Made by a program: the position numbers and the translations under genes. 64,000 nt of DNA from Bdellovibrionota bacterium (lineage in GTDB: Bacteria > Bdellovibrionota_C > UBA2361 > OMII01): the NCBI GenBank assembly GCA_044360195.1, contig JBIKKT010000011.1, forward strand, positions 7,567 through 71,566. The letters are read 5' to 3'. The notes beneath the pieces are model-generated. The model was not told the origin of the DNA and ran no database searches. It worked only from the letters and a program-made list of their open reading frames with translations. Positions 1 through 9,636 of the stretch are shown in pieces (within the stretch, counting starts at the first letter, position 1; every line of letters starts with the position of its first letter).

Positions 1-1473
1 GGGCGCAAGGGCGATATCGACCAAGCCTTTGCTTGGTTCTCTCGTATAAACAATCAGCAGGGTGGGCACGGAGTAGACTCTGAGGTTGCGCGCAAGGGCA
101 TAACACTTTTGGTGCGTTCTCTGTTATCGGAAAAGTTCGAGACTGTAGCGGTTAATTGGCAGAGAGACGAATTTATAAACCAGCAGATCGGGCGCGAACG
201 GTTGCGTCGGGCATCGCAGCCAGGGGTCGAGGTTGTTGCGGCTTCAGGTCCATTCTGGAGTGCATACGATGATGTTAATCTCGCGTCAGGGCCACTAACT
301 CCGGGTCCATCCCCTGCGGGAGGTGACCCAGTAGTAGGGTTGCTCGTTAGTCTCTCTGATAAATTTTCGTCGCTCGGTAAAGAGACGAAGCAAGGTTTCG
401 AACTGGCGCTTGAGGCGGCTCGCGAAGAGCCCAAGGTTAAGTTTGTTGTACGTGATGTGGGGAGCGATGCTGTGCTTATCTCATCTGCGGTGCGTGAGCT
501 AGCAGGTGGTGAGAAGGCATCAGTTATCGTTGGGCCCCTTCTGACAGACGCCGCCCTTGTGGCCGCGCGAACGGCGCGCGAGCTTAATACTCCACTTATC
601 TCATTTTCGAAGAGCGATGCGTTCAGGACTGGCGATGGGATATTTCGTCTGGGAGCAACAACGACGAGTCAGATCGATGCCCTTATGGATGCGGCGTACA
701 AGGATCGCCGAATGACTCGTTTCGCTGTTGCGTATCCGCAAAGCGCAGTTGGCACTGAGTACCTCCAAGTTTTTAAGCGCAAGGTTGAGTCGCTTGGGCT
801 CTCTCTTATGCTTGAGGTGAGCTATTCTTCTACTGATGACGCGTCGATGGCTAGGGCGGCAGCAGAGATTGAGCAATCTGGTGCTGAAGCATTCCTGCTT
901 CCTGATACTATAGAGGCTAGCGCACGACTGCTATCTAATATTTCTCCCGCAGTGCGGCGTAAGATTCGTCCGATGGGGACCGCGGTCTGGGATAATCCCG
1001 TCAAGATTGCGAACTCGCAGGCGCTCTTTGAATACGCCTTTTATGTGTCGCCGTTCTTCCCGCAGAGTAATCGAGCAGTTGTAAAGCAATTTGTAGAATC
1101 GTACCGAGGGCGTTACAACTCAGCTCCGAATTTTCTTGCTGCACAGGGCTTTGACACTGGCACTCTGGTGCTTGCCGCACTTCGTAAGAGCAGGAGCGAA
1201 TCGGTGCCGTTTGCTCGGGCATTAGCTTCTTTGCCGCCCTACGATGGGGTGACAGGTTATATAACCTCGCAGCAGCCAGAGGGTGTTTCAAGGGTTTTTT
1301 ATGTCGTTGAAGTGACCAAAGACACATTCCTTGAGTCGATGCCGGGAGCAACTCAGCAGAGTCCCTCACTGTCGGGAAATTCCGAGTTCTCATTTCGTGG
1401 AGATCAGCGGATTGATCCCGCAACCGGCGCTCCGATTCTTGAGACTAACGAGAGGGTAGAGAGTGGGTACTGA
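1..1473 (+). CDS. Periplasmic substrate-binding protein, type I PBP (Leu/Ile/Val-binding LivK-like fold). The reading frame is open from window position 1, so the gene is probably 5'-truncated by the window; the first ATG in frame is at 109.
   Basis: ORF 109..1473 (454 aa) with no stop between 1 and 108 in the same frame. Alternating beta-alpha PBP1-like segments ('SVIVGPLLTDAALVAA', 'AVAYPQSAVGTEYLQVFKRKVESLGL') resemble branched-chain amino-acid/amide binding proteins. No signal peptide follows M109, which supports an upstream start. Confidence 0.55.
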   Translation, partial: GRKGDIDQAFAWFSRINNQQGGHGVDSEVARKGITLLVRSLLSEKFETVAVNWQRDEFINQQIGRERLRRASQPGVEVVAASGPFWSAYDDVNLASGPLTPGPSPAGGDPVVGLLVSLSDKFSSLGKETKQGFELALEAAREEPKVKFVVRDVGSDAVLISSAVRELAGGEKASVIVGPLLTDAALVAARTARELNTPLISFSKSDAFRTGDGIFRLGATTTSQIDALMDAAYKDRRMTRFAVAYPQSAVGTEYLQVFKRKVESLGLSLMLEVSYSSTDDASMARAAAEIEQSGAEAFLLPDTIEASARLLSNISPAVRRKIRPMGTAVWDNPVKIANSQALFEYAFYVSPFFPQSNRAVVKQFVESYRGRYNSAPNFLAAQGFDTGTLVLAALRKSRSESVPFARALASLPPYDGVTGYITSQQPEGVSRVFYVVEVTKDTFLESMPGATQQSPSLSGNSEFSFRGDQRIDPATGAPILETNERVESGY

Positions 1474-1526
1474 CCTGGTGGTACTCGCAGTAAGTTCTCA
1501 CGTACAACTGTGACGTTGTGGTGGTT

Positions 1527-2750
1527 TCAAAAACGTTTCTGCGTCGACACTGATCTGGTATCCCCGTCATAAGTCGGTGGCATGAAGGCATGACGGTATC
1601 GTTTGAAGAGTCTTGAGCGGGCTTGATCTCTGTCGTCATGCAGTGCCATGAGAGACGGCTTTAGGCACCGTCCACTGAGTCGTTGCTCATAACCCCCTTC
1701 AAGAACGCCGCAGTGTCGAGCATTGGGGAAAGCAAGTCGCATACCCTTGATGAGGGTGTAGTACGCGCTCGGGAGTAGTCCTAGTCCCCCCAACGGATCT
1801 CCCTTTGCAGCATCGAGCCCGACGGACCATAGGATGATCTGTGGATTGACTGTACGCGCAAACGGCAGGGCGCGAGCGATGAAGGCGTCGAGAATTGTTG
1901 TTACGTTTTGCAACCCTTCAAATTCAAGAGAGAAAACGTTAGGCGCCTGGCATACGGGATGTTGTGAGATTCCAAGCGAAGTGTCTGTGTGAGTGTAGGG
2001 ATATTCACGAGCATCATCGAGATATCTTTCATTGACGTGGTCGTAGGGAGATATATACGTTACGTCGATCAGCGAAAGTCCATCAGCACAGGCGATAGCT
2101 TTCGCTGTGCCGTTTCCGCGATGGTGGTCTATATCGATGATGAGCACTCGATTGTATGAGCCCGGGCTGAGTTTGATAGCGTGGTCGCGAGCATAGAGAG
2201 CTGCTAAGGCGGCGGTAGAAAGGTAGCAAAATCCCATTGCTTGACTCGGCTCGGCGTGGTGTCCAGGTGGCCATACGAGGGCAAAGGCTGTGGTGTCCTC
2301 GCTCTGGAGCGCGATGTCGATTGCGTCAAAAGCAGTACCGACTGAGTGTCGGGCGGCATCATAGGTGCCAGGTGTTACATCTGCTTCGATACCAAATTGA
2401 ATAAACGGATCTTCGCCTTTCTCAACGAGCTCCCGGGATTGAGCCGCAACGGCTTTGAGGGAGTCTAAATACTTCTGTGGGTGCACAGAGACCAGTTCTT
2501 GCTCATTAGCAAAGCGAGTAGAGCCGACGATTGTAATTGGCTTAAGAAACGGTTCGGCGCGCGGGCCTTGAGCTAATTCAGTGACGTGCTGCTGTAATTC
2601 GAAAGCAGTCTTAAGCAGCCCTGAGGCTTTTCCGGGGAAGTCGAAGCGATTGGTAGGATCGTCTCGATCGCGGGTTCCCAGGTGTGCTAATGGCGAATGA
2701 GCGTGCGCCTTGTCAAAAGTTGAGCCGTTATTAAAGATCACTAGTGGCAT
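1527..2750 (-). CDS. Histone-deacetylase-superfamily Zn hydrolase (acetoin utilization AcuC / acetylpolyamine amidohydrolase-like)
   Basis: Canonical HDAC motifs are present: 'IIDIDHHRGNG' (DxDxHHG-G) and 'VLEGGYE' (EGGY). 407 aa. Divergent from the speG-like gene. Confidence 0.75.
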   Translation of the reverse strand: MPLVIFNNGSTFDKAHAHSPLAHLGTRDRDDPTNRFDFPGKASGLLKTAFELQQHVTELAQGPRAEPFLKPITIVGSTRFANEQELVSVHPQKYLDSLKAVAAQSRELVEKGEDPFIQFGIEADVTPGTYDAARHSVGTAFDAIDIALQSEDTTAFALVWPPGHHAEPSQAMGFCYLSTAALAALYARDHAIKLSPGSYNRVLIIDIDHHRGNGTAKAIACADGLSLIDVTYISPYDHVNERYLDDAREYPYTHTDTSLGISQHPVCQAPNVFSLEFEGLQNVTTILDAFIARALPFARTVNPQIILWSVGLDAAKGDPLGGLGLLPSAYYTLIKGMRLAFPNARHCGVLEGGYEQRLSGRCLKPSLMALHDDRDQARSRLFKRYRHAFMPPTYDGDTRSVSTQKRF

Positions 2751-3029
2751 AATCTCTTGAGCTCATAGGAGAGCAGTTGTTCGCACTACAGAATTGGACC
2801 GCAGAGGTCCTAATCTAGGGAAAATGGGACCTGCTATCCGCGGAGTCAATAGACAGAGTGGGATATAGTCGAAAATAAAATAATTACGCAATTAAATCAG
2901 GTATTTGAGTGCCTATATGAAGGTAGTTGTGCTCTCGTGGCTTATTTCTGGGCTATAGTCCTCGGTGCGCTCGCAGACTGTTTTTCCGTCACCGCGACGA
3001 TAGGTTTATGTATCCTGGAGAGAATAGAT

Positions 3030-3746
3030 ATGATCAAAGGTCATACCCTACAATTACGTGCACTAGAGAAGGCGGATTTGACATTCTTGCATCGTCTGCA
3101 TAACAGCTACAAGACGATGAACTACTTCTTTGAGGAGCCCTTCGAAACACTTCGAGAGCTAGAGGATTTGTACGAGAAGTATGTACACAACACCACTGAG
3201 CGGCGTTTTGTTATCGAAGAGATATCGACTGGTTCAAGCGTGGGCGTTCTCAGTCTCATCGAGATAGACGAGATTAACCGAAAGTGTGAGATTGATATTA
3301 TCATCGATGAAAAGTTCCAGGGGCGCAGTCTTGGTAAGCAAGGGTTCGTCCTGGGAGTGAAGTATGCTTTTGATATTTTAAATCTCTATAAGATCTACCT
3401 CCTTCTTTTACCAAACAACACACCTGGGTTAAGCATCTATACATTCTCAGGTTTCAAGAAAGAGTGTCGACTTCGCAGGGAGTTCTACAGAAATGGCGAG
3501 TACGTCGATGTGGAGCGAATGTGTCTGTTTGAAAATCAATGGCGTCGAAACAAGGCTCGTTTGAACGAGTACGTTGGATTTGAGTCGGTCGAAATGAAGC
3601 TTCGAACGAAAAAGGCTCCTTTAACTGCCGCAATCACTACAACGGCATCAGTTGTTTCCTCTGAGAAGGAAAAACGAGCGGAGTTGAATGATAAGCTGCA
3701 AGTGCCTGCGATAGATAGCCTCACCGTTGTGCCTCGCACGGTATAG
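3030..3746 (+). CDS. speG: Spermidine/spermine N-acetyltransferase (GNAT), a SpeG homolog with a ~90-aa C-terminal extension. The ORF track starts at 2937, but ATG 3030 has a GGAG 8 nt upstream.
   Basis: Strong collinear similarity to E. coli SpeG: 'LQLRALEKADLTFLHRLHN' vs 'VKLRPLEREDLRYVHQLDN', 'YFFEEPFETLRELEDLYEKYVHNTTERRFVIE' vs '[32 protein letters not shown]', and 'LNLYKIYLLL' vs 'LNLYKLYLIV'. The region looks AT-richer than its surroundings. Confidence 0.75.
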   Translation: MIKGHTLQLRALEKADLTFLHRLHNSYKTMNYFFEEPFETLRELEDLYEKYVHNTTERRFVIEEISTGSSVGVLSLIEIDEINRKCEIDIIIDEKFQGRSLGKQGFVLGVKYAFDILNLYKIYLLLLPNNTPGLSIYTFSGFKKECRLRREFYRNGEYVDVERMCLFENQWRRNKARLNEYVGFESVEMKLRTKKAPLTAAITTTASVVSSEKEKRAELNDKLQVPAIDSLTVVPRTV

Positions 3747-3761
3747 ATTCGATGGCATCTG

Positions 3762-5618
3762 TCAGCTGACGGTTAGCTTCTGCGTCGGGCTGTATTTCGT
3801 GTTTGTTTTTTTTCCTGAAGAGCTTGTCTTTGTAGCGCGGTAGCGAGCTGTGTACGAGCCTGGATTGAGGCGCGATATCGTTATCCTGTTCCGGTTAGTT
3901 GTCTTGGTAGTTGTTCGCTTAGTTTTCGTGTTTGTAAGCTTTAGCGTGTAGGTGACTTTAGCAGTTGCTGCGGCAGAGAATTCGGCGTTTGTTCTCACCG
4001 TGCTGGCTGAGGTGGCGGAAAACTCTTGAAGTGTAAACCTAACAGTGCGTTTTTTTACCTCTACATCCGGAGGCGCTTCTATTGGTAGGTTTTTCTTTAT
4101 CGGAGGTGGTGGAACATCAAGCAGCGTTGAATAAACGTGTCCCTGCGTTGGAAAACCTGAAGTAATTAAATTTGAGGCGGTTGATACAAATGAGATGCGG
4201 CCGTCAATCTTGGTGAACCCGTCTGCCCCAAGAGCAGGCAAGGTGCTTGCGCCGCCTGTAGCTTCAACCTGTCCAGTAGCAACATTCACTCGAATCGTTC
4301 TGCTCGTGGTTAAGTCTTTGGCAAATATATCAATCTGCCCGTTTGTATCATCAGGCACGAGATTCGAAGAGGAGTCACTCCATACCGCTAGTAGTCCGTT
4401 GGGGCTTATTGCTCCTTGTGTGGCGGTGCCGTTACCTGATTCTCCTTGCGATGACGAGTTGATTGTTCGAAACGTTTTGTCCCGCTTAGATATCCGTACG
4501 AACGCTCCTCCCGAACCATCGAATCCGAGGTTTGTTGCAGAGGTTATGAAAGCTACGGTATCACCCTGAAATGTGATTGATGGATAAAAACTGTCATCGT
4601 TACCCAGTTGAGCGACTTGGGTTGGATCGGCGCGATTCTCTGTAACAATGCCGCCACGACGACTGTCCAGTTCGATGGCCCATATCTGCCTCTTCCCGTT
4701 TCCAAGCCGATAGCCCGGTGGGTAATCAACGAGGCTATCAAAAATGTTGTCCGCACTTGAGCTAAACGTCAAGATGGTACCGTCTCCGCTCAGTGCAGGG
4801 TCAAAAGCGTGGGCGTTAAGTTTAAATTTTGACGTATATGGCAGACCGGGAGCAACAGAGCCATCGCTGCGAATTACTGCTTCTGAGCCGAAAGGTTGGC
4901 GTTGGCGCGGACCCGTATACGGATCATTTGGTTCAGCAGTAACAAGGTTCTCTGAATCCGTGAGGTAAGCTATTACGAAACGGTTCGGTGACGGTCGAAT
5001 GGCGATCGTTGGCGATATGCTGTCTCTGTCGCCAGCGATGCATTGTCCGGTAGAGGTCTGCCGCAGGGCGCTAATCATTACGGTCTTATCCAGACTCGGA
5101 ACTCTAAGGTATACCTGCTTAAGTCCATTTGGATTCGGGCAGGCTGGGTCCAGGTTGGTTGCTTGTGATACGAAGGCGATGCCATAGGTCTTGTCGGGGA
5201 ACACTGCACTCACAGCTGGGGTAGAGGAATCGCCATTTGGCTGTGGATTGGAGCCATTTGGCAGGGCCGTTGGAGGCTTTGCACCCACACTAACCCGTTG
5301 GATGGGGCCTGAGCCTACAACAACAAAGACGTCTCTAAATCCATTGGTATCATCAGCTACGAGATTGCTCGCTAGCGAATCAAAAGCTGTAATGTTTGCG
5401 TTTGGAGAACGCGACGGGTTGCTGCTCCCAGCAGAGGGTGCTGTGTTGTTTGCTCCTATCGATACCTGTTGAGCGGGTGATGCTGCCAGAGTCTGCGCCG
5501 TGGCGCAGAGTGGCGTGAGTAACAAGAGGCTACAGATACCACAAAGAGTTGTAACGCCACGCGTGGTAGTCTGTCTTGAGGCGGCCATAGCCAGAACTTT
5601 CGCAGAGTGAGCTTTCAA
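3762..5618 (-). CDS. Secreted beta-propeller protein (TolB/PD40-type WD40-like repeats) with a Lys/Thr-rich basic C-terminal tail
   Basis: N-terminal signal peptide ('LLLLTPLCATAQT'). Repeated 'PDDTNGxxDIF' / 'DDTNGFRDVFVV' PD40-like repeat signatures. The C-terminal ~100 aa are K/T-rich. Confidence 0.5.
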   Translation of the reverse strand: MKAHSAKVLAMAASRQTTTRGVTTLCGICSLLLLTPLCATAQTLAASPAQQVSIGANNTAPSAGSSNPSRSPNANITAFDSLASNLVADDTNGFRDVFVVVGSGPIQRVSVGAKPPTALPNGSNPQPNGDSSTPAVSAVFPDKTYGIAFVSQATNLDPACPNPNGLKQVYLRVPSLDKTVMISALRQTSTGQCIAGDRDSISPTIAIRPSPNRFVIAYLTDSENLVTAEPNDPYTGPRQRQPFGSEAVIRSDGSVAPGLPYTSKFKLNAHAFDPALSGDGTILTFSSSADNIFDSLVDYPPGYRLGNGKRQIWAIELDSRRGGIVTENRADPTQVAQLGNDDSFYPSITFQGDTVAFITSATNLGFDGSGGAFVRISKRDKTFRTINSSSQGESGNGTATQGAISPNGLLAVWSDSSSNLVPDDTNGQIDIFAKDLTTSRTIRVNVATGQVEATGGASTLPALGADGFTKIDGRISFVSTASNLITSGFPTQGHVYSTLLDVPPPPIKKNLPIEAPPDVEVKKRTVRFTLQEFSATSASTVRTNAEFSAAATAKVTYTLKLTNTKTKRTTTKTTNRNRITISRLNPGSYTARYRATKTSSSGKKTNTKYSPTQKLTVS

Positions 5619-5955
5619 AGGTTACCCAAGATTTTTTCGCAAAAAATGGGTATTCCGGCTACCCTTTGCTCTTGTTGTCGACCAAAAGTCGGTTCGCCTA
5701 AAGGCTCAAAGGTCTGTCCGTAGTAGGTTCCCACATTTCCTCCCTAACTGGCCGTGAATGATGAGTATTTTACCGACCCGACCCTGTTGAGCATGTTACT
5801 TTCGTCGCTTCAGCTTATTTTTACCGTTTTGTCCTATAGCTGCCAGGTCTATAGTTTAAGGAAGGGCACTTTCTCTTCGGACACACCACTTCGTACTGAG
5901 TTGTGCGGGGGCCGAGTTGTAAGCTCGTAAGAAGTACACAGACAGTAAGGATTGC

Positions 5956-8421
5956 ATGGCCACAAAGGTTTCTAAGAAAGGTTTAAAAAAGAAGTCTACG
6001 AAGAGTGAGGTGCAAGCACTACCCGAGCCGGTTCTCGTTCCGTCCTCTCTTCCAGTGCTCGCTGCGAAAGACATGGTGGCTTTTCCGGGTGTGATGATGT
6101 CTCTCTACTTGAGTAGACCGGCTAGTATCAAAGCCATGGAAGCCGCGATGGCTGCTGAGCAGTTAGCGCTCGTGGTAACGCAGCAGAATACAGAGGTGGA
6201 TGACCCAGTTGGTAAGGATCTGTACAAAGTTGGCGTTGTTGCCCACATAGTTCGAACTCTTCAGGTGCCAGATGGTCGATATAAGGTGCTTCTGCAAGGA
6301 ATCGTTCGAGCGCGCGTAAAGAAGTACGAGAGTAAGAATAGATATTTCTCTGCCAAGATAGAGCCGCTTTCTGCAGCGCCAGCACGCAAGTTGTCTGCTG
6401 AAAGTCAGGCGATGATGAATCGAATCCGTGAGAATCTGCAAGTGCTTGTTGAGTATGAGCACCTTCCCGAGGAGATGTTAATCGTTACCGAGGAGATAAA
6501 CGATCCGGCTATTCTCACCGATGTCATCTTGGCGCACTACAAGCTTGAACTCGCATATGCGCAGGCCGCTCTTGAAGAGCTTGATCCACTCAAGCGTCTT
6601 CGCATGACCGATACCGTAATATCTGATGACTTAAATAAATTCATTTTAAGTGAGAAGATTAAAGATAAAGCGCGCGATGAGATGAGCAAAGGTCAGCGCG
6701 AGTATTATCTCCGCGAGCAGATTAAACAGATTCAGCGTGAGCTCGGAGAGGGCGATGTAGGCTCGGATGATTTGCAGGCGCTTAGAGCGCGACTGGCCGC
6801 CATAAAGCTCCCACCGGTAGTGCAGGAAGAGGCGTTTAAGCAGCTCAAGCGTATCGAAAGGATGAGTCCTGAGTCGAGTGAATTTGCACTCCTTCGAACG
6901 TACCTTGAGTGGGTAACTGACCTTCCGTGGGGTAGTCGCACTAAAGATCAACTTGATCTCAAAAAGGCGAAAGAGATCCTCGACGAAGATCACTTTGGGC
7001 TCGATAAGGTAAAGGATCGCATCCTGGAATACCTAAGCGTCAGAGCGCTTAATCCCGACTCAAAGGGGCCAATTCTATGTTTCATCGGGCCGCCGGGAGT
7101 TGGAAAAACCTCGCTAGGAAAATCGATTGCGCGAGCTTTGGGGCGAAAATTCAATCGTATGTCCCTAGGTGGTATGCGAGATGAAGCCGAGATTCGAGGA
7201 CACCGTCGAACGTATGTCGGTGCGCTCCCGGGACGGATCGTTCAGGGCTTAAAGCAATGTGAAAGTATGAATCCAGTCTTTGTCCTCGATGAGCTCGATA
7301 AGATAGGAGCCGATTTCAGGGGTGATCCAGCTTCGGCTCTTCTTGAAGTGCTTGATCCTCATCAAAACGCTGATTTCCGCGATCACTACCTGAATGTGCC
7401 GATTAACCTCTCTGAAGTGCTCTTCCTTGCTACCGCAAATACGATGGATACAATTCCAGAGCCGCTCATTGACCGACTTGAGGTATTGTATATTCCAGGT
7501 TACACGGCAGCCGAGAAGCAGAAAATAGCAACCACCTACATTATTCCGCGGCAGCTAGAAGAGGCGGGGCTAAAGCGTCATAAGGTATCTTTTACCGATG
7601 AAGCGATAGCGTTAGTCATCGAGCGATATACGCGTGAAGCAGGAGTGCGAAATCTTGAACGGGAATTCGGGGCGCTCTGTCGTAAGTTGGCAAGAGAGGT
7701 GGCTGAGAAGAGAAAGATCACTCGTACGGTTGATAGTACTTTGGTCTCTAAGTTGCTTGGTGCAACAAAGTACGATCCCGAGGTGACCGAGCAGCGTGAG
7801 GCGATCGGGCTAGCTCGTGGTTTGGCATGGACGATACACGGCGGAGAAGTAATGCCGGTAGAGGTATCGCTCGCAAAGGGTGCTGGTGCACTGACGCTCA
7901 CGGGACAGCTCGGTAGCGTGATGCAGGAGTCAGCTCAGGCGGCGCTCTTTTACGCGCGCGCCAATGCGGCTGTGCTTGGGCTTGAGGCAGATTTTCACTC
8001 AAAGTACGACATTCACATTCACGTACCGGGTGGAGCTACTCCAAAGGACGGACCATCCGCAGGAATTACGATAGCTACGGCTCTCGTGTCAGCGCTTTCC
8101 GATAGGAAGGTCTCTAAAGACGTAGCCATGACCGGTGAGATGACGCTTCGAGGAAATATCCTCGCAGTGGGAGGTTTACGTGAAAAGGCACTAGCTGCTC
8201 TGCAATACGGTATAACAAAAGTCATAATCCCTTTTGAGAATTTAAAAGATCTTGAGGAGATACCGGAAGAGCAGCGAAAGCAGATCCAGTTTGTTCCTGT
8301 TAAACACGTAAGCGAAGTGCTCGAGATTGCTATTCTGGGGCGTCGCAAGAAGGTTTCACCTCGAAAACGAGTGCAGGGAAAGGCTAAGCGCAAAGAAAGC
8401 GGAGCTCGTGTCGGTGGATAG
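5956..8421 (+). CDS. lon: ATP-dependent Lon protease (La)
   Basis: LON N-domain, AAA+ Walker A 'GPPGVGKTSLGKSIA', Walker B 'VFVLDELDK', and a C-terminal S16 protease domain ('PKDGPSAGIT', Ser-Lys dyad). 821 aa. Confidence 0.92.
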   Translation: MATKVSKKGLKKKSTKSEVQALPEPVLVPSSLPVLAAKDMVAFPGVMMSLYLSRPASIKAMEAAMAAEQLALVVTQQNTEVDDPVGKDLYKVGVVAHIVRTLQVPDGRYKVLLQGIVRARVKKYESKNRYFSAKIEPLSAAPARKLSAESQAMMNRIRENLQVLVEYEHLPEEMLIVTEEINDPAILTDVILAHYKLELAYAQAALEELDPLKRLRMTDTVISDDLNKFILSEKIKDKARDEMSKGQREYYLREQIKQIQRELGEGDVGSDDLQALRARLAAIKLPPVVQEEAFKQLKRIERMSPESSEFALLRTYLEWVTDLPWGSRTKDQLDLKKAKEILDEDHFGLDKVKDRILEYLSVRALNPDSKGPILCFIGPPGVGKTSLGKSIARALGRKFNRMSLGGMRDEAEIRGHRRTYVGALPGRIVQGLKQCESMNPVFVLDELDKIGADFRGDPASALLEVLDPHQNADFRDHYLNVPINLSEVLFLATANTMDTIPEPLIDRLEVLYIPGYTAAEKQKIATTYIIPRQLEEAGLKRHKVSFTDEAIALVIERYTREAGVRNLEREFGALCRKLAREVAEKRKITRTVDSTLVSKLLGATKYDPEVTEQREAIGLARGLAWTIHGGEVMPVEVSLAKGAGALTLTGQLGSVMQESAQAALFYARANAAVLGLEADFHSKYDIHIHVPGGATPKDGPSAGITIATALVSALSDRKVSKDVAMTGEMTLRGNILAVGGLREKALAALQYGITKVIIPFENLKDLEEIPEEQRKQIQFVPVKHVSEVLEIAILGRRKKVSPRKRVQGKAKRKESGARVGG

Positions 8422-8448
8422 CTTGTTGCTATTTGAGGAATAAAAGCT

Positions 8449-9417
8449 ATGAGAGTTGGCTACCTTGTGTTTCTGCTCTTGCTAGTAGCGAGTAGCCGTT
8501 ACGCGGCTGCGGATCTTCCGTGTGCGTACCTTGATGATTCCGGAACAGTGCAGCGGGTAGAGTCCCCAGCAAGAGTTATCCCTCGGCTGCGCTCGCGAGT
8601 TGTCTGTGTTGATAATCAGCCGACCAAGTTTGTAGCTCCCGAAGACGTTAAGCTTGAAGGCCCAACGCGCGAGTCCTCATTTGTTACTGACCTTGGTCCG
8701 ATGCAGGTGCGGTGGCCACGCAGTGTTGAGCAGTGTTTGCGAAAGAATCCGCAGCGGGCTGTTGCTGATGCTGCGTCTGCTGTTAATCGTGCCATCAAAA
8801 CGGCACGCTTTGCCTCTGAGGTTAAGACTGCTCGCAGCGAATGGTCTATGGTCTTCACTGATAAGAAGAGCGCGATGACGCAATTTCCGATGGTGCTCAG
8901 CTTGGGTGGGCATCCAGGATTTATGGTTCCACCGAGTAATATCTATATTATCGCTGACTACATCTCTCCTAACTGCGCAGGTGGTGAAGTGAGTGATGCA
9001 CTACTTACGCAGGTACTTCTGCATGAGATGGGGCATGTTGTGGAGTATCTGTTGCTTGGGTCACAGCAGATGGGCAGTGACCGTCAGCGTGCTGAGGGAT
9101 TCGCTGCTTGGTTTGAGATCTACTCTTCAGATTTTTCGTCAGCGATTCCGCGTGGGCAGGTGAGGGAGTATTATCGCGGGTTGGCAAAGAATGCGCTTGC
9201 TTCCGGCTCACGCAGCTTTGGCGGATCGGCCCAAGATTATGGTAGATCCGCATTTGATTTTGTCACTATCGTAGACCGTAGGGGTCTCTCTGGTTTGATG
9301 GAAGTTTATGCCCTGATGCGAAACGACGGACTCTCGTTTCAGGACGCACTCAATAGAAAGTTTCGCTGGACTCCAACGGTGCTCGAGAGGGAAGCCAAGG
9401 CAGTTATTGGAGAGTAG
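8449..9417 (+). CDS. Secreted putative zinc metallopeptidase with an HEXXH motif, family unassigned
   Basis: Signal peptide 'MRVGYLVFLLLLVASSRYAAA'. Single 'LLHEMGHVVEY' HEXXH motif, with 'AEGFAAWFE' about 25 aa downstream as a possible third ligand (gluzincin-like). Confidence 0.45.
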   Translation: MRVGYLVFLLLLVASSRYAAADLPCAYLDDSGTVQRVESPARVIPRLRSRVVCVDNQPTKFVAPEDVKLEGPTRESSFVTDLGPMQVRWPRSVEQCLRKNPQRAVADAASAVNRAIKTARFASEVKTARSEWSMVFTDKKSAMTQFPMVLSLGGHPGFMVPPSNIYIIADYISPNCAGGEVSDALLTQVLLHEMGHVVEYLLLGSQQMGSDRQRAEGFAAWFEIYSSDFSSAIPRGQVREYYRGLAKNALASGSRSFGGSAQDYGRSAFDFVTIVDRRGLSGLMEVYALMRNDGLSFQDALNRKFRWTPTVLEREAKAVIGE

Positions 9418-9511
9418 TTGGCTCTCAACAGCTACTAGGCAGAGCCTATCGCCTCTGAATTATGCCCTCCAAAGCGCCAAAATCAGAGCGTGTTATCTTC
9501 TCAAGACCGCC

Positions 9512-9539
9512 GGGAAACCCCCGTCCATGGGGGTTTCCC
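9512..9539 (+). terminator. Perfect 11-bp stem / 6-nt loop hairpin downstream of the HEXXH gene (putative intrinsic terminator, no U-tract)
   Basis: 'gggaaaccccc gtccat gggggtttccc' is a perfect inverted repeat located 95 bp after the stop at 9417. Confidence 0.4.
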
Positions 9540-9636
9540 AGCAACCCAAGTCGTAGATTCCACCCAAAATAGTCCAATACGAACTCTAGCCGCCATCTCG
9601 TGGGGTTAGATTTTATCCTGTGGTATTCTGGGTGTT

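Noticed and set aside
6128-8393. Multiple 60-120 aa ORFs antisense to lon, and similar antisense ORFs inside other long genes
   Set aside because: They are fully embedded in well-supported coding frames on the opposite strand. Typical GC-rich antisense open frames.
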